Positions 16,201 through 24,341 of a stretch of DNA of 54,142 bases are shown here, piece after piece; the first letter of the stretch is position 1, and each line of letters begins with the position of its first letter. Origin of the DNA: Bacteroidota bacterium (lineage in GTDB: Bacteria; Bacteroidota; Bacteroidia; Palsa-948); assembly GCA_023251625.1 (NCBI GenBank), contig JAHEYK010000003.1, positions 1,380 to 55,521 on the forward strand, written 5' to 3'. A program made the position numbers and the translations under genes. The notes beneath the pieces are model-generated. The model made no database searches and was not told the DNA's origin. It saw only the letters and a list, made by a program, of their open reading frames with translations.

Positions 16201-18968
16201 CAGTAGTAGGTATAATTCAACTGTCCGTTCCTAGGAATAAATATGATTGGATCACCCGGACAGGATGCCTGCTGAATAGCTGCTATTCCAAGATCAGAGC
16301 TAACAGGGCTATTGTTACTGACAGAAACAACCGTATAGATTGTTCTATTTGTCCCGCAGCCGTTTGTGATCTTGCAAGAAACCGTATAGGTTCCGGTTGC
16401 AGTATACGAGTGAAGTGTGCTTTCACCGGAAGTAGAAGATGTGCTTCCGTCACCAAAATCCCAAAAGAAATTAGAGTACCCGTTTCTGTTAATTCTGAAT
16501 GACACTATATCATTGGGGCATGATCCTGAATTCGGAGTCATCTCTATTGATATATCGCTTGGAATAGAGCCTGTGTTATCAATAATAGCCGTCGCATAAA
16601 TAGTGGTGTCCTTTCCGCATGTATTAGTGATAAAGACCGAAACCGAATAGGTTCCCACTGCTGTATAAGTGTGTGTAGTATAGTCCTGAGAACTAGTTCC
16701 GGTATGCCCATCACCAAAGTTCCATTGATAGTTGCTGTATCCGTTGGGAGCACTGAAACCTGCTGGATCGCCTACACAAGAAGGATTGTTAATATATATC
16801 TGGAACCATGATTGCTGAGGAAATCCAACGTTGTTCATTACCTGAACAGTAGTATACAAAGTTGTATCGTTACCGCAGCCATTCGTTATCTGAACGGAAA
16901 CAGTATAGGTACCAAGCGTACTACCGTAAAGATGATCCTGATTGGAATCCATGGATGATGTTACAGCAGGAGATCCATCACCAAAATTCCAAACGTAACT
17001 AGGGAAACCTCCCGGTGCTTGAAAACTACCGATGCTACTCGGGCATATAGGTGAATTTGACTGCAACGAAAACCAACTTTGATTGGGGAATCCTACATTG
17101 CTCATGATCTGTATAGTTCCAGACAATGTGGTATCCTTTCCGCAACCATTAGTAATTTTTACAGACACCGTATAGGTTGTAAGAGTACTACCGTAAAGAT
17201 GTTGAGGATGATTATCTGATGTAGTAAATACAGGAGATCCATCGCCAAAATTCCACTCATAGGTGGTATAACCGCCCGGAGAATCAAAACCGGCATAGCT
17301 ATTTGGGCAAGAAGGAGAATTAGCATTCAGCTTAAACCAACTTTGATTGGGGAAACCAACATTATTCATGATCTGCACGGTAGTATACACCGTAGTATCC
17401 TTCCCGCAACCATTGGTGATTTGTACCGAAGCCGTGTAAGTGGTTAGGGTACTGCCATACACATGATTATTATAACTGTCTGTCGTAGTGACAGCCGGAG
17501 AACCATCACCAAAATTCCAGAGATAAGATATGTTTCCACCCGGAGCATTGAAACCTACATTACTGTTAGGGCATGCAGGAGAATTAGCATTGAATTGCAT
17601 ATACGAAGACCAGGGCGCATTGTTTGTGATCTGTACAGTAGCATGAAGGATAGAATCATTGCCGCAAAGATTAGTGACCGTAAGTGTGGCGGTATACGTG
17701 CCGAGTGTGGAATAAGTGTGATTGTTGTTGCTATTGTTATTCGTAGTCTGTATAGGACTGCCGTCACCGAAGTCCCATTTATAAGTTGGATATCCACCCG
17801 GACCATTCAAATTCAGATTGCTGCCAGGGCATGCCGGAGAATTAATATCTAACTTAAACCAGCTCTGGTTAGGAAATGGCACATAAGATGCCACTTTCAT
17901 CACATGAGAGAATACGCTGTCTTTATTACAGTAACTATGTATCTTACAGGTTACCGTATAATTTCCTACTCCGGGAAAAGTATGATTCACGCTGGAACTA
18001 GAAGAATCTTTCGGGCTTCCATCGCCAAAATCCCAAACGTATTTCGGAAAACCACCTGATCCAAAAACATACAAATTCACTTGCTGGCCCGGACATACTG
18101 AGCCGCCATTATTATCACTGATTCCCACACCACTTGTAAATCCTGTTCCACTGTTGCTGATAGAAATGGTCTGAGTATATGAAGCACTGTTGTTACATCC
18201 ATTTTTTCCGATAAGAGTAATGCTGTAAGTGCCGGTTGCTGTATATGAATGAGTAGGGTTTGACTGATTGGAAGTATTTCCATCGCCAAAGCTCCAGGTA
18301 TATGTTTTCAACGGGTTATTAGCGTAGAAACTCACCGGTTGTGTAGGGCATGCAGAAGGCCAGGGATTAAAATTGAACATGGCATTCGGAATAGCCGTAT
18401 TATTTATAACGATCGTTCTTTTTATAGTTTGAGTACCGCAACCCGAATTTTCAACAAGTGTTACAGTATAAGATCCTGTAGCGGTATAGGTATGTGAGGT
18501 ACAGTTTTGACCCGAAGCAGTTCCGCCATCACCAAAATCCCAACTCCAAGAACTAGCAGGCCACGAGCCACAAAAATTTATATTGTCTGTCGGGCAAGCT
18601 GTATCCGGTGCATTGATGTAAGCCCCATTCACCTGAATATTAGATCCATTGTTGTTGCTGCCAAGGAAGAACCATGTGTTATCGTATACATTCACACTGG
18701 GCATATAATTTCCAGATACAGAATAGGTGTGCGACACGGTTTGTGTTGGCACCGTCATAGTATACGTTGGAGAACCATCACCAAAACTCCAGGTAGAATA
18801 ATATGTATTCGGATTAGTACTTGTGTTTGTGAATATAACTGTAAGAGGGCCACAGCCATTATTAATGTTCGTATTATAACATATTTGCGGACATTGCGCA
18901 AAAGTACTTGCGCTGAATCCGAAAAGGAATAAAATAATTGAAATAGAAGTAGTGTATATTTTTTTCAT
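13221..18968 (-). CDS. Giant T9SS-secreted adhesin (about 1915 aa): 13 PKD domains plus 6 SprB-type repeats
   Basis: The likely start is MKKIYTTSISIILFLFGFSASTFAQ (ATG 18968-18966).
- There are 13 occurrences of W(N/D/S)FGDG (PKD) between about 15560 and 18900.
- Six SprB-like repeats lie at about 14100-15450 (for example GQLPYTYMWTNGQ..GLSAGQYNVSVTDALGC).
- The shared stalk module is at about 13470-14080.
- The T9SS CTD reads IYPNPTHGMFVIDL...GVYYVQI...RKIVIE. Confidence 0.9.
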   Translation of the reverse strand: MKKIYTTSISIILFLFGFSASTFAQCPQICYNTNINNGCGPLTVIFTNTSTNPNTYYSTWSFGDGSPTYTMTVPTQTVSHTYSVSGNYMPSVNVYDNTWFFLGSNNNGSNIQVNGAYINAPDTACPTDNINFCGSWPASSWSWDFGDGGTASGQNCTSHTYTATGSYTVTLVENSGCGTQTIKRTIVINNTAIPNAMFNFNPWPSACPTQPVSFYANNPLKTYTWSFGDGNTSNQSNPTHSYTATGTYSITLIGKNGCNNSASYTQTISISNSGTGFTSGVGISDNNGGSVCPGQQVNLYVFGSGGFPKYVWDFGDGSPKDSSSSSVNHTFPGVGNYTVTCKIHSYCNKDSVFSHVMKVASYVPFPNQSWFKLDINSPACPGSNLNLNGPGGYPTYKWDFGDGSPIQTTNNNSNNNHTYSTLGTYTATLTVTNLCGNDSILHATVQITNNAPWSSYMQFNANSPACPNSNVGFNAPGGNISYLWNFGDGSPAVTTTDSYNNHVYGSTLTTYTASVQITNGCGKDTTVYTTVQIMNNVGFPNQSWFKLNANSPSCPNSYAGFDSPGGYTTYEWNFGDGSPVFTTSDNHPQHLYGSTLTTYTVSVKITNGCGKDTTLSGTIQIMSNVGFPNQSWFSLQSNSPICPSSIGSFQAPGGFPSYVWNFGDGSPAVTSSMDSNQDHLYGSTLGTYTVSVQITNGCGNDTTLYTTVQVMNNVGFPQQSWFQIYINNPSCVGDPAGFSAPNGYSNYQWNFGDGHTGTSSQDYTTHTYTAVGTYSVSVFITNTCGKDTTIYATAIIDNTGSIPSDISIEMTPNSGSCPNDIVSFRINRNGYSNFFWDFGDGSTSSTSGESTLHSYTATGTYTVSCKITNGCGTNRTIYTVVSVSNNSPVSSDLGIAAIQQASCPGDPIIFIPRNGQLNYTYYWNFGDGGKDTTTGTGATHTYTTVGNYTVSVIATNGCGQTKTVTMVDTVKNNATPSLYMPGGSQDPIWGFPGSDHGGGGNSSVGCAGDAVIFYFMGSCPNNLWNFGDGVTGTATEHMVILGGDGGTYPVTIIKHAFAANGTYTVSLTLTNSCGNSVTGTQVVTVGGNLQVSGDMSTSPPPFTTCAPVDFIGFGGKTYKWNFGDGSPQLTTSSPTVSHIFSSQGVYVASVIITNGCGNSATYSKSVNVTGVGGPAIAVTGTVPPTCINSTNASATISVSNGQLPYTYMWTNGQTTTTATGLSAGQYNVSVTDALGCSSTKSVSISSPAPIVLGSTTFPAGCGLSNGTATVTITSGGTAPFTYSWASGNTSSVAVGLALGMYNAQVTDSKGCTSTTNVSVSEANSAVVTLTSVTNASCNTGANGSINITVAGGTPPYNYAWSNGSTVEDPTGLAAGTYSVLVTDNGSCKATFNTSVSEPTAIVVATNTSVAPTCGNLDGSAASSASGGTSPYTYQWDAGAASQTTQTATGLPAGSYTVTVTDAKGCTNVGVISLSNSNAPNVTAVITNVSCFGGSNGAVDQTVTGGTSPYLYTWSNSAFTQDVTGLTAGQYIVTIKDKANCLSVRTYNISQPAVLSASVTNTGATCGNNDGTATANMTGGNAPFSYLWSAGSQTAQTAVGLALGGYTVAVTDSKGCTASGTTSVVSTVTPINICAITVDSTSKKNVIVWEKPVVTNIDSFLVYRNIATIYTYVGGVAYAALSTFTDNTNGVNPNVQAYKYEIRALDKCGNISVFSPLHQTIHLQVSVAAPPNSFNLSWNDYLGFPITQYRVMVDSLNNGTWKARDSVAYGSPLTWTDTRHYPDTVAYMIETDHPTGCVVSIVKGPDPMTSNLNLSKSNINRIRDTTGQSVGEIKNDIILNIYPNPTHGMFVIDLKNQANNTPSIKVFNVLGEEVKTMNQSIYRNKVTVDLSKQPQGVYYVQISSSNNIATRKIVIE
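16550..18100 (-). repeat. Tandem coding repeats of about 258-267 nt (86-89 aa PKD units) inside the 1915-aa adhesin gene
   Basis: Matching landmarks (CATGATCTG-type segment) occur at about 16839, 17106, 17370 and 17628. Neighbouring units are visibly similar at the DNA level (by eye roughly 80 percent between the 17077 and 17341 units). Confidence 0.6.
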
Positions 18969-19426
18969 CGCGATGGGTTTAATCTCTCCCTGATTTAGGC
19001 TCGGGAAATACATATTGTTGTTTGTTTTTTATTGTACTACGAGAACATTTTATTTACAATTCCTGAATTTGAAATTAAAAGAAGAAAGAAAAAAGTAGTT
19101 GAAAATTTTTGCGGAAATGAAACTAAAGAGTAGTTTTTTATCATGACATAAATTGGTTCTTTAAATTGATTGGTTTCGGGGACGAATATAATAAGAAATA
19201 TCCTGCAAATGATTATCTTTTTATTAAAGGTTTTTAGCCCTGATCGTGTACTGAAAAATTGACAAAAGGTTACAATATCCTATTAACAACTTAAGTAATA
19301 TACCCCAGTATGACCTTTTTCAGTTATTAATCACAGGAAACCTTATAACTAACACGAATAAATTATGAAAAAGGTTGGGGTACCAGGCTATCAAAAACAC
19401 ATTTATTTGCATTTCAACATAAATAA

Positions 19427-19434
19427 TAACTTTG
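19427..19434 (+). promoter_or_regulatory. Candidate -7 promoter box TAACTTTG (with TTG at 19407-19409 as a possible -33 element)
   Basis: TAnnTTTG match 19 nt upstream of the MFS ATG at 19454. Confidence 0.4.
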
Positions 19435-19453
19435 GGGCAGTAATAAAATTGAG

Positions 19454-20737
19454 ATGTTCAAATTCTTAGATCAATATAAGAGCTTACACAAGGCAGTTAT
19501 TTATATAATAATTGCTGAGTTCTTTGTACAATTAATTGACTACTCCTACCTCACTATCCTTCTGGTATTCATGAATAAATCTGGATATACGGACTATAAG
19601 GCTGCAGATTTTTATGGATACAGATTTTTAAGTGTACTGCTTCTATCATTCAGCCTGGGTTTTTATATTAACGGAAGGAAGCTCAAACCTCTTTTTTATA
19701 TTTCATCGATCTGCACACCAGTTCTCAGCTTCTTGCTCATCTATGCGGTTCAATATCACATGGATTATGCCATCTATACCCTCATGTTCATGCTTGGCAT
19801 TTCGGTACTTGGGTTGGAAGTGGCCATACTTCCATTTATCCTTCGAAACGTAGATGAAGATAATCACACGGCCGCTATTTCCTTAAGCTATTCTACCATG
19901 AGCCTTAGCGGCTTTATAAGCGGAGTGCTTATTTGGAGTTTAAGCACAATAGACCACGTGTTCTTTGACGAAAAAACAATTTTAAAAATTATTTCCGTTA
20001 TAAGTCTTGTAGGAATATATTTTGTCTACAACGCCAAAAAACAAGAGTTCTATGTTCCTATTCTCAGGCGGAGCCGTTACGATTTTCGGGATATAAAATG
20101 GTGGCTGGTGATCAAAGCTATGATCCCCACTACGTTGCTGGCCACCGGAGCCGGGCTGGTGGTTCCTTTCATGGGCCTTTTCTTTTTTAAGATCCACCAT
20201 ATAGAACCATACCAATATGCATTTATCAGTTTCTGGACCACGCTCATTGTTTTCAGCATGAATGTTTTTGTACCTAACATCAAAACTAAATTTGGGTCTA
20301 AAAAAACAATTGTTGTAAGTCAGGCTCTGGCTGTAGTGTGTTTGATCGGAATGTCACTTACCGAGTTTAACAGCACCTATGCCTATGCTGCCTGGATAGC
20401 AATTGCCTGCTTTGTTTTCAGGCAGCCACTTATGAATATTGCTATGCCCATCACCTCGGAGATCACCATGAAGTATGTTGGATTCAGGCACAGGGAAATA
20501 GTGAGCGCTCTCACGGCTGCCATCTGGTCGGGCAGCTGGTTTTTCAGCAGCAATATTTTCAGAGTGCTCCGGTCACATGAAGTGCCCTATGCGTATATCT
20601 TTTTTATCACAGCAGGGTTGTATCTGTTCAGTATATGCTGGTATTATTACCTGATATCTGCTTATGAGAATGCTCCTCCCGAGGTTTATAATCCTCCTCC
20701 AAGACCTAAAAAAGCCTGGGAAAAAGACAAAAAGTAA
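19454..20737 (+). CDS. MFS-type transporter
   Basis: 427 aa and strongly hydrophobic. About 12 predicted helices fall in two halves around a basic loop (RRSRYDFRDIKWW). The substrate cannot be inferred. Confidence 0.7.
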   Translation: MFKFLDQYKSLHKAVIYIIIAEFFVQLIDYSYLTILLVFMNKSGYTDYKAADFYGYRFLSVLLLSFSLGFYINGRKLKPLFYISSICTPVLSFLLIYAVQYHMDYAIYTLMFMLGISVLGLEVAILPFILRNVDEDNHTAAISLSYSTMSLSGFISGVLIWSLSTIDHVFFDEKTILKIISVISLVGIYFVYNAKKQEFYVPILRRSRYDFRDIKWWLVIKAMIPTTLLATGAGLVVPFMGLFFFKIHHIEPYQYAFISFWTTLIVFSMNVFVPNIKTKFGSKKTIVVSQALAVVCLIGMSLTEFNSTYAYAAWIAIACFVFRQPLMNIAMPITSEITMKYVGFRHREIVSALTAAIWSGSWFFSSNIFRVLRSHEVPYAYIFFITAGLYLFSICWYYYLISAYENAPPEVYNPPPRPKKAWEKDKK

Positions 20738-20771
20738 CCAAGACTTTTACATCCTGACTACTTTTACAAAA

Positions 20772-20795
20772 AGAGAACTACTCAACAAGTTCTCT
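20772..20795 (-). terminator. Candidate intrinsic terminator for minus-strand transcripts
   Basis: The 8-bp stem is AGAGAACT (20772-20779) paired with AGTTCTCT (20788-20795), with an 8-nt loop. On the minus strand it is followed by TTTTGT. Confidence 0.4.
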
Positions 20796-20910
20796 AGAAG
20801 TCGCGCACCTTTTTTCTCTTTTTGTCTCTTGCATGCGCTTGCATGCTTACAAAAAAATATACTGCAATGCATAAAAGCAGTGCGGGCAGAATTAACACTT
20901 CGGTACTCAT
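20794..20910 (-). CDS. Possible 38-aa small membrane protein (speculative)
   Basis: My translation is MSTEVLILPALLLCIAVYFFVSMQAHARDKKRKKVRDF: one hydrophobic helix plus a basic tail. The stop overlaps the candidate terminator hairpin. No homolog is recognised and no clear promoter box is seen. Confidence 0.2.
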   Translation of the reverse strand: MSTEVLILPALLLCIAVYFFVSMQAHARDKKRKKVRDF

Positions 20911-21105
20911 GATTTTTGGTTTTATATTATTGGTGTTTATTAACGCACAATGATTCGCCTATACTCATATACACGCAGATACCTTATCAAGGGTTGGGTA
21001 AGCATGTAAAAAAAAGAAAAAGATGTAAAATCAGAGGGAAAAAGGCGAAAATAGCTATAGAATTACTTTTTATGACGTCTGGCAGAAATTTAACAGCCAA
21101 TCGTA

Positions 21106-21807
21106 CTACAACTCACAAAACCAAAAACCCTTTGTTTGCGATGAGGGCAGATCGCAGTCGTTGGTTGTGTTCAACACAAGCGGTTTATAAATTTTTTCAC
21201 CAACAGAAATATTGATCGGGGTTTTAAAGATGGGACCATCAAAGCAAAAGGTGTGATACTCACCATTTTCTCCGCATGGATCTATGTTTTCAGGAAGGTT
21301 AGCAATAAATTTATCATCTATAATTCGCCCCACCCATTCCTCTCCTAAAAAAGCATCATTCGTGCAGCAGATAACCGTTTTGAATTTGAGTGAAATAAAT
21401 TCTTCAAGAAGTGTCCGGGTATTATGTTTCCATAAGGGGAATACAGCTTGCATTCCGACTTTTGCCAGATTTTCTTCTCTATACTTTCTCAGGTCTTCTA
21501 AAAAAATATCTCCAAAAATAACATGTTCAATCCCTTGAGCTTTGAAATCCAGAAGTACATGCCGCATTTTTTTTTCATACTCAGCATTGGTGCCTTCGTT
21601 CACATATATTTTTTTTACAGGAAGCCCGAGTGACCTTGCCTGTATGTCCAGCAATTCTTCTCTAACACCATGCATGGAAATTCTCCTGAACTGCCCACTG
21701 ATTGTTGTGAGAAGATATTTTACGTCAAAATCTTTTGCCTGTAAAATTTTATGATAGCATAGGGCGGAATCTTTTCCTCCGCTCCAACAAAATACAGCAG
21801 GCTTCAT
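21106..21807 (-). CDS. Dph6-related ATP pyrophosphatase (MJ0570/DUF71 family, diphthine-ammonia ligase-like)
   Basis: PP-loop CWSGGKDS at the N-terminus, with GDIFLEDLRKYRE, FPLW and CGENGEYHTF motifs. Confidence 0.8.
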   Translation of the reverse strand: MKPAVFCWSGGKDSALCYHKILQAKDFDVKYLLTTISGQFRRISMHGVREELLDIQARSLGLPVKKIYVNEGTNAEYEKKMRHVLLDFKAQGIEHVIFGDIFLEDLRKYREENLAKVGMQAVFPLWKHNTRTLLEEFISLKFKTVICCTNDAFLGEEWVGRIIDDKFIANLPENIDPCGENGEYHTFCFDGPIFKTPINISVGEKIYKPLVLNTTNDCDLPSSQTKGFWFCEL

Positions 21808-21811
21808 CAGG

Positions 21812-24229
21812 TTATTCGATCACTATCTTGCCGGTGTCAACCAGTGCCTCGCCATCAGTTACTTTATAGAAATATATTCCACTCACAAGATTTCCGCGAT
21901 CAATTTTTGTTTCAAGTGTTTCAAGCTTTAGGCGCCTTACTTCTCTTCCAAAAACATCATACAATGTCAGTATCGGAGCTTGTAATTTGTGATTTGTAAT
22001 TTGCACGCTAGTTGAAGTAACAAACGGATTCGGGTAAACCAAAACATTTTTTTCAGCGGCAGAAATGTTGTTCACAGCAACTGTTGCAGAATCATACACA
22101 TAAAATTTATCAAAGCCGCCTTCCACTACTGATCCCGGATTTGCATCTGAAATGCTGATACTGATCTGCATGGTTGCAGTAACAGGGGCAAATGAAGATA
22201 TTTTATAACTCTTATGCGCCCAAGTTCCGTTTCCGGCTGTATTATTCAATATGCGTTCTAAAAGAACGGTCGTGCTTCCGTTAGAAATATAAATTTCCAT
22301 CGTATCGTTGGGAGACTTATTGTTCAACTTGGCATCGTAGAACCAGCGGGAATAACTGACCATAGGAGCAGAAAAAGAAGTTGGGTCAAACAGTGGCGAA
22401 GTAAGAATAGCATAACCCGGAGGATCAACATCATGATCAGAAGACGCACCACCCCCATTATCCGTTACAAATGCCTGGCCAGAGCAATCTGTCTGGTCAT
22501 CTTTATCGGGATTTGCAATTGCATTTCCATTGGCACCGTCAATCGTTCCAATCGGCACTCCCCTCACCCATGCGTTCGAGCAGATTCCCGATGGGATCCA
22601 CCCCCAATCAAAGCTGAAGTCATCGTAAATGCCTGCGTCAAGGCCAACGTTGATACCTGAAGACAATGAGTTAATATTCTGGTTGGAAAAACATTTAGTA
22701 ATATATCCCCATTTACCAACAATGATATCGTACGTTCCGCTAAGCATACTGGGGATCGTAAAATTTCCGTTCGCATCAGTAAGGGTATCCCAAACCAATG
22801 AGCTGTCCTGCATATGAACGTTTGCACCCTTGATGCCGACAGACGTTGCATTATCAAACACATGGCCCGTATAGCTAAATGGCGGTGTTTGCGGACAAAG
22901 ATTTACATTGAGGGTTGTCGTATTTCCTGATGTGACTGATACGGTGAATGTTTGCGAAACATAGGCTTGCTTTGAAACTATTACAGTATAGGTAGAGGCT
23001 GTTACCACTCCTACTCCGTATTTTCCATAAGCATCTGTCAGATCGGTAGCGGAATTAATATTTTGAACAGGAGGGTTCAGTAATTGAACTTTGGCTCCGG
23101 CAAGTGGGTTTCCGGTATTGCAATCCATCACAACCCCTTCCAGGAAACAAGCACGAACATAGGTTGGAGAACAAACGAACAAACCATTTTGCATATCAGA
23201 CGCAACGATGGTGCCTGAAGGAAGAAAAGGGTAAACTCCCCAGCAGTTTGATTCGCCTGCGCCCGATGCTGTTGGAGCTGTGTCATAATTACCAACCTGA
23301 ACCAAGTTACTTGGATGGCTGGCATCTACGATCGTAAATCCATCTTTGTACCAGGAAGTAACGGCATAATCCACACCGTTCTTCTGAATAATATGTGTGT
23401 TATGTACAACCGATTGACTACCCGGATTTGATTGTATCCTGTCCAGCTCCGTGATATTATTCAGATTGGTAATATCATACGATGCAAGAAAAGAATTGCT
23501 CACTTCATCTGTTGTGAAACATATTTTACTGTCTTTAGTAAGCCACGAATTATGCGTGAAAACGCTTGGCGTTTGAAAATCTGCCAGAGAAACTCCGGCC
23601 GCAGGGTTTTTCATATTTACGATCTCACAATCTCCCTGGTAAATATGACAAGCGTAAAGCGTATCTCCGCGAACGTATCCATCGTGTATATAACGATTAT
23701 CATAACTGCCCAGGTAAACAGGGGACATCGGGCTGGTTGCAATATCCGCAACAACAGCTCCTTTGTTCCCAATGTTACTGCCATACAAATACACTTTCCC
23801 GTTGTCTATATGAAGTGCATGAATGCTGCCTAAAGTCTTTCCGCTGATGGTTGGCGCCCATGTGGCTACCGGCAGACTTGTACCCGGCAGGTTGGTCAGA
23901 TCAACGATCTGCAGGCCGCCTCCTGCCTCGGTAGTTACGTAGGCATAATTGCCATTGGTCTTTATCTCACGCCAAACTGAATTCGAACCGGGTATCAATT
24001 TGATCTGAACAGGAGAAGCCGGGTTTGTGACGTTCACGATTGACATTCCATTTGCTGCACCCACCAACGCATATTCTTTCCCGTCCACCGGGCTTTTCCA
24101 TCCGCAGATGTTGGCCAGGCCGGTATTGCCGTAGGAAAGAGTGCCGGCCAGTGTTACGTTAAGATTTTGAGAATTGGAATGGAGAGATAAAACAGCTATA
24201 AATAAAAGAAGAAGTAAATCTTTTTTCAT
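21812..24229 (-). CDS. T9SS-secreted LVIVD-repeat / choice-of-anchor-B-like beta-propeller protein with carboxypeptidase-regulatory-like domains
   Basis: It has a signal peptide. Propeller-type repeats are present (YALVGAANGMSIVNVTNPASP, YAYVTTEAGGGLQIVDLTNLP). There are two CarbopepD_reg-like segments (LEGVVMDCNTGNPLAGAKVQL, YTGHVFDNATSVGIKGANVHM). The T9SS CTD reads VYPNPFVTSTSVQI...GIYFYKV...GKIVIE. Confidence 0.7.
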   Translation of the reverse strand: MKKDLLLLLFIAVLSLHSNSQNLNVTLAGTLSYGNTGLANICGWKSPVDGKEYALVGAANGMSIVNVTNPASPVQIKLIPGSNSVWREIKTNGNYAYVTTEAGGGLQIVDLTNLPGTSLPVATWAPTISGKTLGSIHALHIDNGKVYLYGSNIGNKGAVVADIATSPMSPVYLGSYDNRYIHDGYVRGDTLYACHIYQGDCEIVNMKNPAAGVSLADFQTPSVFTHNSWLTKDSKICFTTDEVSNSFLASYDITNLNNITELDRIQSNPGSQSVVHNTHIIQKNGVDYAVTSWYKDGFTIVDASHPSNLVQVGNYDTAPTASGAGESNCWGVYPFLPSGTIVASDMQNGLFVCSPTYVRACFLEGVVMDCNTGNPLAGAKVQLLNPPVQNINSATDLTDAYGKYGVGVVTASTYTVIVSKQAYVSQTFTVSVTSGNTTTLNVNLCPQTPPFSYTGHVFDNATSVGIKGANVHMQDSSLVWDTLTDANGNFTIPSMLSGTYDIIVGKWGYITKCFSNQNINSLSSGINVGLDAGIYDDFSFDWGWIPSGICSNAWVRGVPIGTIDGANGNAIANPDKDDQTDCSGQAFVTDNGGGASSDHDVDPPGYAILTSPLFDPTSFSAPMVSYSRWFYDAKLNNKSPNDTMEIYISNGSTTVLLERILNNTAGNGTWAHKSYKISSFAPVTATMQISISISDANPGSVVEGGFDKFYVYDSATVAVNNISAAEKNVLVYPNPFVTSTSVQITNHKLQAPILTLYDVFGREVRRLKLETLETKIDRGNLVSGIYFYKVTDGEALVDTGKIVIE

Positions 24230-24341
24230 AAAAATAATTTGGTGTTTCCAAAGGAAAGAAATACATAGCTAAATAGCAAGGAAACACAAAGAATTATTTA
24301 TTCACCAAAACAGATAAATTGAAAAGAAAACAGGTTGTCGG

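Noticed and set aside
15981-16502. Long antisense ORFs inside the giant adhesin genes (for example 15981..16502 173 aa, 7602..8048 148 aa, 7194..7595 133 aa, 18507..18932 141 aa, 17463..17852 129 aa)
   Set aside because: They lie opposite strongly supported repetitive coding sequence rich in Thr/Ser/Gly/Asn codons, whose complement is depleted in stops. The translations are low-complexity with no recognisable domains.
16550-18100. CRISPR-like regular periodicity
   Set aside because: The period is about 260 nt and the whole unit is repeated as in-frame PKD protein domains. There is no short repeat plus unique spacer organisation and there are no cas genes.
20916-21215. Track ORF 20916..21215 (+), 99 aa
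   Set aside because: It overlaps the 3' end of the Dph6-like gene in antisense. The rest is an A-rich intergenic stretch, and the translation is a basic low-complexity peptide.
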